Positions 9,864 through 21,090 of a stretch of 64,000 nucleotides of DNA are shown piece after piece. The first letter of the stretch is position 1; each line of letters opens with the position of its first letter. Position numbers and translations under genes: made by a program. The notes below the pieces were generated by a model. It was not told the DNA's origin and did not search any database. It saw nothing but the letters and a program-made list of their open reading frames with translations. Source of the DNA: Sulfurihydrogenibium subterraneum DSM 15120 (GTDB taxonomy: Bacteria; Aquificota; Aquificia; Aquificales; Hydrogenothermaceae); the NCBI RefSeq assembly GCF_000619805.1, contig NZ_JHUV01000009.1, forward strand, positions 101,771 to 165,770, read 5' to 3'.

Positions 9864-10759
9864 TAAAGGTTTTAAATGGGATTTTCGTCCCATTTTTTAT
9901 CTCTTTAATCTTAGCTATAAAAGATTACTTTAACAAAAATTATAGTTATCATAGTTCCGCGTTATCTTTTTATTTTTTTCTTTCTATGTTTCCACTGTTT
10001 ATATTCGTTTTTTCAATTTTAAGTTTTATAGCTTTTTTAAAGATATCGGAAATTTACTATATCGTTTATAAACTGTTTCCTAATGTTGCTGAAAATTTTT
10101 TGGAAAATGTTTTAAAATTTTACAATACTAACTTATCTACTAATTTATCTTTAATCAGTATTCTTTTATCTCTTTATTTTGGGAAAGACCTGTTTATAGC
10201 AATTCAGATGGCTTTTCATTACATTTGGGAGTTGGAATATACTCCAGATAGAAAAAAGTTATTTGTTTCGATTTTGGCTTTGCCTTTTTTAGTAATTATT
10301 TTTATTATCTTTTATCTTTTTAAGATTTTACTACAGTTTGTAGATGAGATTAAAAATTATTTAGAAAATTTTGATGTTATTTTTTTAAAGTGGTTAGTTG
10401 TTTTTGTAAACTTTTTGTATGAAAACATAGACACTATTTTTAGTTTGTTAAATATATCTGAAATGTTTACTTTTTTTATTATAGTATATCTTCTGTTTTA
10501 CTTTTTCATCCCAATAACAGTGGAAAAAAGGAAATTAGTTCTTATAATCTTTTTTGTTTCTGCGTGTTTATTTATAATGAGAATCTTGTTTGAAAGTGTG
10601 ATTATTCAGTTTTTATCAAAAAATCCATTATTTTTAACTGTAGGTTCTTTATTTGCCTTTTTAGTATGGGTTAAGTTGTCGTTTGATATTATATTAATAG
10701 GTCAAAGGATACTTTACTATTATAGTAAACACTCGGAAGGTAGAAACCCTTCCGAGTAA
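9860..10759 (+). CDS. YihY/BrkB family inner membrane protein
   Basis: Polytopic membrane protein with a YihY-like N-terminal motif (SALSFYFFLSMFPLFIFV). Confidence 0.7.
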   Translation: MIKVLNGIFVPFFISLILAIKDYFNKNYSYHSSALSFYFFLSMFPLFIFVFSILSFIAFLKISEIYYIVYKLFPNVAENFLENVLKFYNTNLSTNLSLISILLSLYFGKDLFIAIQMAFHYIWELEYTPDRKKLFVSILALPFLVIIFIIFYLFKILLQFVDEIKNYLENFDVIFLKWLVVFVNFLYENIDTIFSLLNISEMFTFFIIVYLLFYFFIPITVEKRKLVLIIFFVSACLFIMRILFESVIIQFLSKNPLFLTVGSLFAFLVWVKLSFDIILIGQRILYYYSKHSEGRNPSE

Positions 10760-10763
10760 ATCT

Positions 10764-11981
10764 TTAATATAATCTAAAGTGTCTATTTAAGAACTTCTGC
10801 CAAGTAGTTGGTAATTTATCTATCTCTTCTTGTGCTATCTTTAGAACCTTGTCTTTTATTTTGTTGATATCACAGGTAGCTCTGAGTTTTACGTCGCAAA
10901 CTTGAGGCTGGGTTATAGGTTTTCCTATCTGGCTTACAAGATAGCAGTATGCTTCTTCTACTTCTTCAATCTCTGCTACTATTCTTTCTGCCATATCCAT
11001 TGCAGCTGTATTATAAATCTTACCAATGTGGCTAACAGGGTTTTTACCTGCTGCAGCTTCTAAGCTCATAGGTCTGTAAGGTGTGATAAGTCCATTAACC
11101 CTGTTTCCTCTACCTACCTGTCCATCATCTCCAGCTTCTGCTGAAGTTCCTGTTACAGTTATGTAAACGGATTGATTATCTATATCGTCAGCTGTGTTTA
11201 TAAAGATATCAACGTGTTTTGTTGTTAATCTTTGAGCTATAGAATAAGCATAGTTGGTAACAATTTCTTTCTTTTCTATGTAATCTTTTATATCGTTTAC
11301 GTATTTATCAACAAAAGCCATAGCTATTGTAATTCTTATGTTGTCTTTATTTCTAACACCCATTATTTTAATATCTTCTCCAACGTAGGGATGGTCTTTT
11401 TTGAAATCTTTATTGTTTAAAGCTCTTTCAAGCTCGTAAACTATTGTTTCAATATCAGAAAAAGGAGCAAAACCAACACCAAAGGAAGTATCGTTAGCAA
11501 GAGGAATTTCACCTTTTAACTGGAATCTTTCAAAAAGCTCAACAAGATCTTTACTTCCAGGTTTTAGCTTAGGATGAATGATTACATGATTTACAATATC
11601 TAAATTTGGGATGTTTTCTTTTAACCATTTGTGAGCTGTTTCTACTGCAAGCTCCTTAACAGGAAGTTTTTTACCACCTTTTTCATCAATTGCTCTACCT
11701 GTTAGGTATATCTCTATAGGTTCTACTATTTTTCCACCTTTAAACTGAGGGTCTGCAACACCACCTATTAAAAGTGCTTTATCAACGTTATGGTGCATAA
11801 TTGCTCCAAACTCTTCTCTATAGAGATTGGATAAAGCTATAGAAAGCTCTTCTGCTAATGCATCACAGATAGTATCAGGGTGGCCTGTTCCTTTTCTTTC
11901 AACGATTTCAACAGGCTGAGAAGATACTTTTTCAAACTCTAAAATACCTACGTTGATATTTGCCAATCTAAACCTCCTCAA
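10764..11981 (-). CDS. archaeal-type S-adenosylmethionine synthetase (methionine adenosyltransferase, MAT)
   Basis: 405 aa with an N-terminus ...ERKGTGHPDTICDALAEELS... that resembles archaeal MAT rather than bacterial MetK (which has a GHPDK.. N-terminus and ~385 aa). Confidence 0.8.
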   Translation of the reverse strand: MRRFRLANINVGILEFEKVSSQPVEIVERKGTGHPDTICDALAEELSIALSNLYREEFGAIMHHNVDKALLIGGVADPQFKGGKIVEPIEIYLTGRAIDEKGGKKLPVKELAVETAHKWLKENIPNLDIVNHVIIHPKLKPGSKDLVELFERFQLKGEIPLANDTSFGVGFAPFSDIETIVYELERALNNKDFKKDHPYVGEDIKIMGVRNKDNIRITIAMAFVDKYVNDIKDYIEKKEIVTNYAYSIAQRLTTKHVDIFINTADDIDNQSVYITVTGTSAEAGDDGQVGRGNRVNGLITPYRPMSLEAAAGKNPVSHIGKIYNTAAMDMAERIVAEIEEVEEAYCYLVSQIGKPITQPQVCDVKLRATCDINKIKDKVLKIAQEEIDKLPTTWQKFLNRHFRLY

Positions 11982-12090
11982 GAGAAAAATTTGAGTTAAT
12001 TAGATTAGCATAAATTAATATATCTTGCAAATTTTTTTTAATAGGTGTAAAATATTTTTTCTTAAAATTGAAGTTTAAACGGAGGAATAG

Positions 12091-12384
12091 ATGGCAAAAG
12101 CTGTATTATCACCAAAAAAGTTAAAACACAAAAGAAGAGTAAAGAAAAACGTTAGAGTTTCGGAAAGAAGAAGACTTGAAAATAGATACCATGTCTCAAG
12201 AATGAAAACAGCATTTAAAAAGTTCTATGAAACGCTAAAGAAAGAAGGAAAAGAAGCTGCAGAGAAGCTATTACCAATTTGCCAAAAACTTGCATACAAA
12301 GCTGCTGCAAAAGGAGCTATCCACAAAAACGAAGCTGCAAGAAGAGTTTCAAGAGCTGCTAAAAGATTAAAACAAGTTGCATAA
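12091..12384 (+). CDS. rpsT: 30S ribosomal protein S20
   Basis: 97-aa, highly basic protein (KKLKHKRRVKKN...RRRLENRYHVSRMKTAFKKF) typical of bS20. Confidence 0.9.
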   Translation: MAKAVLSPKKLKHKRRVKKNVRVSERRRLENRYHVSRMKTAFKKFYETLKKEGKEAAEKLLPICQKLAYKAAAKGAIHKNEAARRVSRAAKRLKQVA

Positions 12385-12421
12385 ATAGAATTTCTGAGTA
12401 AAATATATTATAGATAAAGAT

Positions 12422-12495
12422 GGCGGTATAGCTCAGTTGGTTAGAGCACGCGGCTCATATCCGCGGTGTCCGGGGTTCGAATCCCTGTACCGCCA
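12422..12495 (+). tRNA. tRNA with a CAU anticodon (elongator Met or lysidine-modified Ile2)
   Basis: A cloverleaf is present: the acceptor stem GGCGGUA/UACCGCC is fully paired, so this is not an initiator. D-arm AGCTCAGTTGGTTAGAGC, anticodon stem CGCGG/CCGCG around loop CUCAUAU, and T-arm GGGGTTCGAATCCC. Confidence 0.85.
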
Positions 12496-12503
12496 CTTTT
12501 AAA

Positions 12504-13868
12504 ATGATAGAAAAAAAGTTCTTAAAAGCAATAAAAGATTTTTCTCTAATACATCCAAAAGACAAGGTCTTAATTGGGTTTTCTGGTGGTCCGGACTCAG
12601 TCGTCTTATCTTTTCTACTGAAAAAGTTCCAAGAATATTTCAAAATAGAGAAAATAGCCTTAGCCCATCTAAATCACAGCCTTAGAGAAGAGTCTGATAA
12701 AGATGAAGAGTTCTGTAAAAATTTTGGTCAAAAGTATGGTATTCCTGTTTTTACGAAAAAAGTAGATGTAAAAGCCATTGCAAAAAAAGAAAAAAAATCT
12801 ATAGAAGAAGCTGGAAGAGAAGAAAGGTATAAATTTTTTAAAGAAATTATGGAAAAAGAAAATTTTAACAAGTTGGCAACAGCTCATCACTTATCAGACT
12901 TGATAGAAACTATGTTTTTATGGTTTGTTCAAGGAAATAAAAAAGGCTTAAAAGGATTTAAACCTAATGAAGATAGCATAGTTAGACCTCTTTACTACGT
13001 TAAAAAGGAAGAGATATTAGAGTATTGCCATAAAAATAATTTATCTTATGTAATTGACAAATCAAATTTTGATAAAAGATACTTAAGAAATAAAGTAAGA
13101 TTAGACTTAATTCCAATTGCAAAAAAGATTAACCACAGCTTAGAAGAATCTCTGTTAAGATTATCTTTTTTTCAGTCTTTAGATGAAGAGTTTTTAGACA
13201 GTTATTCAAAAGATATTTTACAGTCTGTGATAAAAGAAAATTACTTAGATCTTAATTACTTAAATAATTTTCACAATGCTGTAAAGTATAGGGTAATTAC
13301 AGATTGGATATACGAAAAATCAGGGATATATCTATCTTATCAAAAAATTTTGAATATTTTAGACTTGTTGAAAACCAAGGGAACTAAGACAATACATCTA
13401 GAAAAAGACCTTCAACTTATAAAAGAGTATGATAAACTTTATTTAAATCACTCTCAAAAGGTGGAAAAATCTGATAAAGAGTATAAATTAAAAGTTGGAC
13501 AATCTATCTTTATAGAAGAATACGGAATAAGTTTAACTGCTTTTAAACCTACAAAAGAAGATATTGAAAAGATGAAAAAAAGTAAATGTATTGAATGTTT
13601 TGATATAGATTCAGATGAGTTTATATTAAGATTTAGAAAAGAAGGAGATAGATTTTTACCATTTGGAATGAAAAGTGAGAAAAAATTAAAGGATGTTTTT
13701 ATTGATTTAAAAATTCCTAAAAATATGAGAAATTCTATACCACTTTTAGTTTTTGGTGATAAAATATTATGGATAGTGGGTTATAAAAGGTCAGCCTACT
13801 ATCCAATAACCGAAAATTCAAAAAATCCTATATGTTTTAAAGTTAAGGAGGCACGAAGTTGCAGCTAA
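12504..13868 (+). CDS. tilS: tRNA(Ile)-lysidine synthetase
   Basis: PP-loop SGGPDS ([13 protein letters not shown]) and the TilS N-terminal domain, in the conserved position upstream of ftsH. Confidence 0.9.
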   Translation: MIEKKFLKAIKDFSLIHPKDKVLIGFSGGPDSVVLSFLLKKFQEYFKIEKIALAHLNHSLREESDKDEEFCKNFGQKYGIPVFTKKVDVKAIAKKEKKSIEEAGREERYKFFKEIMEKENFNKLATAHHLSDLIETMFLWFVQGNKKGLKGFKPNEDSIVRPLYYVKKEEILEYCHKNNLSYVIDKSNFDKRYLRNKVRLDLIPIAKKINHSLEESLLRLSFFQSLDEEFLDSYSKDILQSVIKENYLDLNYLNNFHNAVKYRVITDWIYEKSGIYLSYQKILNILDLLKTKGTKTIHLEKDLQLIKEYDKLYLNHSQKVEKSDKEYKLKVGQSIFIEEYGISLTAFKPTKEDIEKMKKSKCIECFDIDSDEFILRFRKEGDRFLPFGMKSEKKLKDVFIDLKIPKNMRNSIPLLVFGDKILWIVGYKRSAYYPITENSKNPICFKVKEARSCS

Positions 13869-15751
13869 CAAGGAGTTTATTAATCTGGTTTATAATCGGT
13901 GCAATGATGATACTTGCATTTAATATGTTTGGTGCAAGACAGATAAGTGATTCAAAGGTGTCTTTTACCGATTTTATGACAATGGTAAATGAGAAAAAAG
14001 TTGTTGAGGCTACAGTTAGGGGAGAAGAACTTACAGCAGTCACCCAAGACGGTAAAAAAGTTGAAACTGTGATTCCACCGGGTTATTCAAAGCTTTACGA
14101 TATTTTATCTGAAAACGGAGTACAGGTCAAAGTTGTTTCTACAGAAAACAGCAGCTGGCTTATGACTTTACTTATATCTTGGCTTCCAATTCTACTCTTT
14201 ATAGGACTTTGGATTTTTATGATGAGACAAATGTCTGGTGGCCCAAATAGAGCCTTTTCTTTTGCAAAGAGTAAAGGAAAACTTTATTTAGAAGAAAGAC
14301 CAAATGTAAAGCTTGATGATGTTGCTGGAATGGATGAAGTAAAAGAAGAAGTAAAAGAAATCATAGAGTATTTAAAAGACCCTTCCAGGTATCAAAAGTT
14401 AGGCGGAAGAGCTCCTAAAGGTATTCTTCTTTATGGAGACCCGGGAGTAGGTAAAACATTACTTGCAAAAGCAATAGCAGGGGAAGCAAATGTTCCGTTT
14501 ATTTCTATCTCAGGTTCTGACTTTGTTGAGATGTTTGTTGGAGTAGGAGCTGCAAGAGTTAGAGACCTTTTTGAAACAGCGAAAAAACATGCACCTTGTC
14601 TTATATTCATTGATGAGATAGATGCAGTAGGTAGAGCAAGAACAGGTGTTGGTTTTGGTGGTGGACACGATGAAAGAGAGCAAACCTTAAACCAATTACT
14701 TGTTGAGCTTGATGGTTTTGATACAAACGAAGGGATTATAGTTATTGCTGCAACCAACAGACCAGATATATTAGACCCAGCACTTTTAAGACCAGGAAGA
14801 TTTGACAGACAGATATCTGTTCCAAAGCCTGATGTTAAGGGTAGATACGAAATCTTAAAAGTTCACATTAATAAAAAGAATATACCTTTAGCAGAAGATG
14901 TAGATTTAATGACTATAGCAAAAGGAACTCCTGGATTTTCAGGAGCTGACCTTGCAAATCTTGTAAATGAGGCTGCATTACTTGCTGCCAGAAGAAAGAA
15001 AGAAAAAGTAGGTATGCAAGAGTTAGAGGACGCTCTTGACAGGATAATGATGGGGTTAGAAAGAAAAGGAATGGCTATAACACCAAAAGAAAAAGAAAAA
15101 ATAGCCTACCATGAAGTAGGACACGCATTAGTTGGAGTTATGTTAGAAGAAGCAGATCCACTACACAAAGTCTCTATCATACCAAGAGGAATGGCTCTTG
15201 GTGTAACTGTAAATCTTCCAGAAGAGGATAGACATCTTTATTCAAAGAGAGATTTAATGGCAAGAATGCTACAGCTTTTTGGTGGAAGAGCTGCAGAGGA
15301 AGTTTTCTACGGTAAAGATGGTATTACAACAGGAGCTGAAAACGATTTAATGAGAGCTACAGAGCTTGCTTACAGAATAGTTGCAGCTTGGGGTATGAGT
15401 GATGAAATAGGTCCTATAAATGTGCCAATGAGCAGAAGTGGAAGTATATTTATGGGTGGACAAGGCATAGAGATAAGTGAAGAAACTGCAAGGAAGATAG
15501 ATGAAGAAGTTAACAAGATTTTAAGAGAATCTTATCAAAAAGCAAAAAATATAGTAGAAACTTATAAAGATGCTGTTATTGCAGTTGTTCAGCTTTTACT
15601 TGATAAAGAGACTATAACCTGTGAAGAGATGTTTGCAATCCTAAAAGAGTATGGTGTACCTGTGTTAAACAGATGTAGAAAGTTTGAAAATGTTAATGTT
15701 ATAACAGATTCAGCAGCCCCAGATGTACCCCCAGCAGAGCTATCTGATTAA
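13859..15751 (+). CDS. ftsH: ATP-dependent zinc metalloprotease FtsH
   Basis: Two TM segments, AAA+ Walker [12 protein letters not shown], and a zinc site HEVGHA. It uses a TTG start preceded by AAGGAGG. Confidence 0.95.
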   Translation: MQLTRSLLIWFIIGAMMILAFNMFGARQISDSKVSFTDFMTMVNEKKVVEATVRGEELTAVTQDGKKVETVIPPGYSKLYDILSENGVQVKVVSTENSSWLMTLLISWLPILLFIGLWIFMMRQMSGGPNRAFSFAKSKGKLYLEERPNVKLDDVAGMDEVKEEVKEIIEYLKDPSRYQKLGGRAPKGILLYGDPGVGKTLLAKAIAGEANVPFISISGSDFVEMFVGVGAARVRDLFETAKKHAPCLIFIDEIDAVGRARTGVGFGGGHDEREQTLNQLLVELDGFDTNEGIIVIAATNRPDILDPALLRPGRFDRQISVPKPDVKGRYEILKVHINKKNIPLAEDVDLMTIAKGTPGFSGADLANLVNEAALLAARRKKEKVGMQELEDALDRIMMGLERKGMAITPKEKEKIAYHEVGHALVGVMLEEADPLHKVSIIPRGMALGVTVNLPEEDRHLYSKRDLMARMLQLFGGRAAEEVFYGKDGITTGAENDLMRATELAYRIVAAWGMSDEIGPINVPMSRSGSIFMGGQGIEISEETARKIDEEVNKILRESYQKAKNIVETYKDAVIAVVQLLLDKETITCEEMFAILKEYGVPVLNRCRKFENVNVITDSAAPDVPPAELSD

Positions 15752-15763
15752 AGAGGGCTGAAA

Positions 15764-16513
15764 TTGGTAGATACTCACTGTCATCTTGACATGCTACCTC
15801 AGAAAGATATAGTAGAAAGTGTAAAAACTTTAGATTATCTACTTACAATCGGGTGTGATAAAGAAGAGATAAAAAAAGGAATAGAGTTAGGTAATAAATA
15901 CGAAAACGTTTTTGTAGCGATAGGATATCATCCTTACGATGTAGGAGATTTAACTGACGGAGATATAGAAGAGTTAGAGAGATTAGCAAAAGAAAATCCT
16001 AAAGTTATAGCGATAGGTGAGTGTGGTTTAGATTTTTACAGAGATAAAACCTTAAAAGAAAAGCAAGAATACTTTTTTAAAAAACAGATAGAGCTTGCAA
16101 AAAAGTTAAGAAAACCCCTAATAATACACTCAAGAAGTGCAGATAGAGAGACAGAAAAAGTATTATCTCAGTATGATCCTTTTGAAAACGGAGGTATTAT
16201 GCACTGTTTTGGAGGGGATGAGAGATTGATGGAGTTTTCTTTAGAAGCAGGGTTTTACATATCTTTTGCAGGGAATATAACTTACCCTAAAGCAGATAAC
16301 CTTAGAAATATCCTAAAAAAAGTTCCATTAGATAGACTTTTGTTAGAGACAGATAGTCCATTTTTATCTCCTCAAAAAGTAAGGGGAACTCAAAACAAGC
16401 CTTCTAACATATACTATACTTTAGAGTTTGCTTCTGAGCTTTTAGGTATTGAAAAAAATAAGCTTGAAAGGATAACCGACGAAAACTTTAAACGGTTATT
16501 CAGCCTTAGTTAA
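15764..16513 (+). CDS. tatD: TatD family metal-dependent DNase/hydrolase
   Basis: N-terminal DTHCHLD, a TIM-barrel amidohydrolase pattern, and conserved H/E/D residues. Confidence 0.9.
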   Translation: MVDTHCHLDMLPQKDIVESVKTLDYLLTIGCDKEEIKKGIELGNKYENVFVAIGYHPYDVGDLTDGDIEELERLAKENPKVIAIGECGLDFYRDKTLKEKQEYFFKKQIELAKKLRKPLIIHSRSADRETEKVLSQYDPFENGGIMHCFGGDERLMEFSLEAGFYISFAGNITYPKADNLRNILKKVPLDRLLLETDSPFLSPQKVRGTQNKPSNIYYTLEFASELLGIEKNKLERITDENFKRLFSLS

Positions 16514-16545
16514 AACACACCAACCCGTAAACTCGTTAGTATTAG

Positions 16546-17184
16546 TTATTTTCTTATAAAAGCTTGTTCTAAAGCCTTTCTTATATCTTCAAAAAATACA
16601 GCTTCCTCTCTTGGATTTCTTAACACATAAGCGGGGTGGTAAGTTATGTAAACTTTTTTGCCTTCGTATTCTAATATGCTTCCCCTTTCTTTTGTTATTT
16701 TTGTCTCTCTTTTAAATATACCTCTGTAAGCAGTTGCGCCAAGTAAACATAAAACAGAAGGGTTGATTATCTCTATCTGTCTTTTAAGGTATGGAAAGCA
16801 TGCCTCTTGCTCTTCTATAGTTGGGGTTCGGTTGTTTGGTGGTCTGCATTTGTTTATGTTTGCAATGTAAACGTCGCTTCGTTTATAACCTGCTGATTCT
16901 ATTGCTTTTGTTAGAAGTTGCCCCGCTTTACCTACAAACGGTCTTCCTTGTTTATCTTCTTCTTCTCCCGGAGCTTCTCCTATAAACATAATCGGAGAGT
17001 TTGGATTACCCTCTCCTAAAACTGCTTGTTTTCTGTTTTTGTGTAAATCGCATTTTGTACAGTTTTGAATCTCTTGGTTGATTTGGTTTAAAAGTTTGAG
17101 TTTTTCGTCAGCTTTGTTATTTTCTAAAATAATTTCATTAAAACCCATATCTTTCATTACTTTTAAAAAGTTTTTCAGCTCCAA
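16546..17184 (-). CDS. uracil-DNA glycosylase, family 4 (thermostable, Fe-S containing)
   Basis: CTKCDLHKNR ... GEGNPNSPIMFIGEAPGEEEDKQGRPFVGKAGQLL is the family-4 UDG signature. Confidence 0.85.
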   Translation of the reverse strand: MELKNFLKVMKDMGFNEIILENNKADEKLKLLNQINQEIQNCTKCDLHKNRKQAVLGEGNPNSPIMFIGEAPGEEEDKQGRPFVGKAGQLLTKAIESAGYKRSDVYIANINKCRPPNNRTPTIEEQEACFPYLKRQIEIINPSVLCLLGATAYRGIFKRETKITKERGSILEYEGKKVYITYHPAYVLRNPREEAVFFEDIRKALEQAFIRK

Positions 17185-17194
17185 GATTTATCCT

Positions 17195-17743
17195 TTATTT
17201 TGAAGTAGGTGTTTGGTTTAAATGTTTTTTGGTGGCATAAATTCCAAACTGGATAAAATCTTCATCTTTGTAAATAGATGGTTTTGTGTTGATTTCTTTT
17301 TTTGCTTTGTTATACCATACTTCTTCTTGGCCTTGACTGATAATATCAGAAGGTGCAACAAACACGTTAGACCTTGCTATTTCTATACACTTGCTATCTT
17401 GCAGGTAGCAGAGAATACAGAAAACTTCTTTAAATGGTGCGTGGTAAAAAAGATACATCTCTCCGTCTGTGTTTGATACAGGAATGTCTAAAACTTCTTG
17501 ATTTTCTACAAAGAGTTTTATTCTTAAAGTTTTGTTTTCAAGCTGTTTTTTTAGGTCTTCTTTTATAAACCAATAGGTGTAAAATTTAGATGGGTTCACA
17601 GGGAGAATAACTATCTTTGTAATGTCAAATCTTACTGGAATTTGATAGTCTTGGGTTTGGGGTTTTAAGACTTCGTCTTTTGTGTGTAGTATGTGACTTG
17701 AAAGGTTATCTTCCTGAATACTAAGTTTTATTATTTCGTTCAT
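17195..17743 (-). CDS. hypothetical protein co-transcribed with glgA
   Basis: 182-aa ORF whose start overlaps the glgA stop. It has no recognisable motifs. Confidence 0.4.
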   Translation of the reverse strand: MNEIIKLSIQEDNLSSHILHTKDEVLKPQTQDYQIPVRFDITKIVILPVNPSKFYTYWFIKEDLKKQLENKTLRIKLFVENQEVLDIPVSNTDGEMYLFYHAPFKEVFCILCYLQDSKCIEIARSNVFVAPSDIISQGQEEVWYNKAKKEINTKPSIYKDEDFIQFGIYATKKHLNQTPTSK

Positions 17744-19170
17744 AAAATAACCTCTCTACTGTATTTTATGCTTTCATACAGTTTTATGTACTTCTGTGCT
17801 GTGCTTTCTATTGAAAAATCAAATCCCATAACTTTTCTTTGGAGATCTGAAAACTTCTGTTTGTTGTTATACAGGTCTATGGCTCTATTTATAGCGTTTA
17901 AAAATTCGTGCTTGTCTGGGTTGTCAAAAAGTATTCCATAACCGTCAGGCTGGGAAATGTCTTTTACAGTATCGTTTAAACCTCCTGTTCTACGGGCAAC
18001 TACTAAAGTTCCGTATCTCATAGCTATCATCTGGTTTAAACCACAGGGTTCAAACAAAGAAGGCATTAAAAGAAAGTCTCCACTTGCATACATTTTTCTA
18101 CTTATAGATTCATCATATCCTACTTTGGTAAATATGTTTTCATATTTTCCTTTAATACTTTCAAAAAAGTCGTTGTATCCTCTATCTCCACTACCTAATA
18201 TAGCAAGATTTATAGGCAATTTAGAAAGTTCTTCTATAGTATCTTTTATCAGGTCTATACCTTTTTGTTGTGCAAACCTTCCTATAAAGACAAACAAGGG
18301 TTTATCTTCTTCTAAACCAAATTCTTTTAAAAATAGCTTTTTATTTGTAAGTTTTTTTTCAATGGTGTACTCACAGAATTTTTCATATATATGCTTATCT
18401 GTTTCTGGATTCCATATGTTGTAATCAATACCATTTATTATTCCGTAGAGTTTATTTTCGTACTTCCTCAGCAAACCGTCTAAACCAAATCCATATTCGG
18501 GCTTGAGTATCTCTTTTGCGTAAGTAGGGCTTACAGTTGTGATTGCACTACTAAAAACTATTCCACCTTTTAAAAAATTCACTTTATCGTAAAACTCAAG
18601 AGCTTCCATATGGAATAAATCCCATCCAAGATTAAGTCTTTCTATTGCAAATTTATCAAATATTCCTTGGTATGCTAAGTTATGGATTGTAAGTACAGTT
18701 CTAACGTTATGCCAGTTGTATTTGTAGTAAGTTAGAACAGGTATTAATGATGTTTGCCAGTCGTTGACGTGTATTATGTCTGGATTTAATTCTTCTTTTC
18801 TTATAAACTCCATTACTGCGTATGAGAAAGCACCAAATCGTATATCATTGTCTGGATAATCTCCTTCTGGAGTTCCGTAAAGATAATCTCTCCCAAAGAG
18901 TTCATCGTTTTTTAAAAAGAAAAACGTAACGTTATCTATCAGTTTGTAAACTTCAAAAGTGTAATTTCTACCATTTAAGAAAACATCTATAAAAACGTTT
19001 ATAGACTTAATCTTATGTTTTTCTAAGTCAACGGATTTGTAAAGTGGCATGAAGCCAAAGACTTTTAAGCCCTTTTTTGCTATCTCTTTAGGCAAAGATC
19101 CGCTTATATCCGCCAATCCTCCCGTTTTTGCAAAAGGATAAATTTCACTTGATGCAAACACTACTTTCAT
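17740..19170 (-). CDS. glgA: glycogen synthase (ADP-glucose type)
   Basis: N-terminal [26 protein letters not shown] and a GT5/GT1 C-terminal domain. Confidence 0.95.
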   Translation of the reverse strand: MKVVFASSEIYPFAKTGGLADISGSLPKEIAKKGLKVFGFMPLYKSVDLEKHKIKSINVFIDVFLNGRNYTFEVYKLIDNVTFFFLKNDELFGRDYLYGTPEGDYPDNDIRFGAFSYAVMEFIRKEELNPDIIHVNDWQTSLIPVLTYYKYNWHNVRTVLTIHNLAYQGIFDKFAIERLNLGWDLFHMEALEFYDKVNFLKGGIVFSSAITTVSPTYAKEILKPEYGFGLDGLLRKYENKLYGIINGIDYNIWNPETDKHIYEKFCEYTIEKKLTNKKLFLKEFGLEEDKPLFVFIGRFAQQKGIDLIKDTIEELSKLPINLAILGSGDRGYNDFFESIKGKYENIFTKVGYDESISRKMYASGDFLLMPSLFEPCGLNQMIAMRYGTLVVARRTGGLNDTVKDISQPDGYGILFDNPDKHEFLNAINRAIDLYNNKQKFSDLQRKVMGFDFSIESTAQKYIKLYESIKYSREVIL

Positions 19171-20205
19171 TTATACTACCTCTCTTAAAAACTTTGCAGC
19201 TTCTTCTGGAGAAGTTGGGTTTATATAATAATCAGTTCCCAGTTCGAATCCTGCAAGTGTAGTTATCCGAGGTAGTATTTCTATGTGCCAATGAAAGTAT
19301 TTGTTAATGTGATTAAATATTTCTTTGTTTACAACATCATCTCTGTAAGGTGGAGCTGAGCACAGAATCATATTAAAAGGCGGATTTATTAAAGTTTTGT
19401 CTAATTTTTTAACTGTAAACCTCATTACGTCTGCAAGGTTTTTCATTGTATCTTCTGTTATTGTAGAAAAGTCGTGGGAGTGGAATTTAGGAGCTATTTT
19501 AATTTCAAATGGGTACAAGCTTGCGTAAGGACAGTAGGATATAAAGTTTTCATTTTCGTAGATAACTCTCTCACCAAGTTGAGATTCTAACTTTATCTCA
19601 TCACAGGTATAACATCTTTCTTTTTCTAAAAAGTGTTTTTGAGATTGTAAAATCATTGTAAGTGGTTGTTTTGGTATTGTTGGAAGGGCTATAAGCTGAC
19701 TATGAGAGTGGACTAAACTTTTTCCGGCTTCTTTTCCGTGATTTTTAAAAATATGAACATACTTAATTCTATAGTCGTTATAAAGGGATTTCATCCTTTC
19801 TCTAAAAGCTATAAACATATTTATAAAGTCTTGTTCCTCAAAATCTTGAATATGTTTAAAATGATCAGGTGTTTCTACGATTACTTCGTGGGCACCAAAA
19901 CCACCTTTTTTGTCAAAGATGTAATAACCATCTGACAATGGAGAGTTTTCAATTCTTAACGCAGGGTATCTGTTTGGAAAAACTCTTACAAGCCATCCTG
20001 GAGTGTTTGGAGCTGAAGCGTCAGGTCTGATTGCAAATATTTCTGGAGGAGTTTTGTCTTCGTTTCCATATTCAAAAGGGCATTTAGATATATCCGTTAT
20101 AGGCTCTTCGTAAATAGACACGTTGTAATCGTGAGGTCTTTTTGACCTTTCAGTTGCTATTATAACCCACGTATCTTTTAGGTAGTTGTATCTAAATTCA
20201 GACAT
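19171..20205 (-). CDS. galT: galactose-1-phosphate uridylyltransferase-like protein (GalT/HIT family)
   Basis: HIT-like nucleotidyltransferase motif (VHSHSQLIALP), a Cys/His metal site near the N-terminus, and two GalT half-domains. Confidence 0.75.
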   Translation of the reverse strand: MSEFRYNYLKDTWVIIATERSKRPHDYNVSIYEEPITDISKCPFEYGNEDKTPPEIFAIRPDASAPNTPGWLVRVFPNRYPALRIENSPLSDGYYIFDKKGGFGAHEVIVETPDHFKHIQDFEEQDFINMFIAFRERMKSLYNDYRIKYVHIFKNHGKEAGKSLVHSHSQLIALPTIPKQPLTMILQSQKHFLEKERCYTCDEIKLESQLGERVIYENENFISYCPYASLYPFEIKIAPKFHSHDFSTITEDTMKNLADVMRFTVKKLDKTLINPPFNMILCSAPPYRDDVVNKEIFNHINKYFHWHIEILPRITTLAGFELGTDYYINPTSPEEAAKFLREVV

Positions 20206-20208
20206 TTT

Positions 20209-21009
20209 TTATCTTCCTATTATTCCTTCTGTTGGAGAGGACGCAGAGGCATACATCTTTTTAGGTATTCTTCCTGCAAGGTAAGCAAGTCTTCCTGCTA
20301 TTACTGCATGTTTCATTGCAACAGCCATCTTTATTGGGTCTTTTGCACCAGCTATTGCTGTGTTCATAAGTACACCGTCAACTCCAAGTTCCATAACCAT
20401 TGCAGCATCAGAAGCTGTTCCTATCCCTGCATCAACTATCACAGGTATTTTTACCGCTTCTTTTATAAATAAAATGTTGTAAGGATTTTGAAGTCCAAGA
20501 CCAGACCCTATTGGAGCTGCCAGTGGCATTACAGCTGCACATCCTATATCTTCAAATCTTTTTGCCATTACTGGGTCATCTGTGATGTAAGGTAAAACTG
20601 TAAAACCTTCTTTTACAAGTATTTCAGCTGCTTTTAGAGTTTCTACCATATCAGGATAAAGTGTTTTTTGGTCTCCTATAACTTCAAGTTTTACAAATCC
20701 GTGTCCTAATGCTTCCCTTGCAAGTCTTGCCGTTAAAACTGCTTCTTCTGCGGTATAACATCCTGCAGTGTTTGGAAGTATCATTATTTTTTTAGTGTCT
20801 ATGTAATCAAGAAGGTTTTCTTTTGTTGGGTCTGTAATGTTAACCCTTCTAACAGCAACAGTTATTATTTCAGCTCCAGAAGCTTCTGTGGCTTCTTTTG
20901 TCTCTTTAAAATCTTTATATTTTCCAGAACCTACTATTAATCTTGATTTAAATGCTTTTCCACCAATCACCAGTTTATCTTCTTTTAAGAATTTTTCTAA
21001 GTCGAACAT
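20209..21009 (-). CDS. thiG: thiazole synthase
   Basis: [19 protein letters not shown]...ITVAVRRVN, a ThiG TIM-barrel pattern. Confidence 0.9.
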   Translation of the reverse strand: MFDLEKFLKEDKLVIGGKAFKSRLIVGSGKYKDFKETKEATEASGAEIITVAVRRVNITDPTKENLLDYIDTKKIMILPNTAGCYTAEEAVLTARLAREALGHGFVKLEVIGDQKTLYPDMVETLKAAEILVKEGFTVLPYITDDPVMAKRFEDIGCAAVMPLAAPIGSGLGLQNPYNILFIKEAVKIPVIVDAGIGTASDAAMVMELGVDGVLMNTAIAGAKDPIKMAVAMKHAVIAGRLAYLAGRIPKKMYASASSPTEGIIGR

Positions 21010-21090
21010 TTAATGCCTCCTGAGGTTATTCCTACAATTAAAATTTAGGTTTTATTTTATCAGTTTCAAAAAATAAAGTAAATGGAGAAT

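Noticed and set aside
12455-12643. 62-aa minus-strand ORF.
   Set aside because: It overlaps tRNA(CAU) and the tilS 5' end, so it is a spurious antisense ORF.
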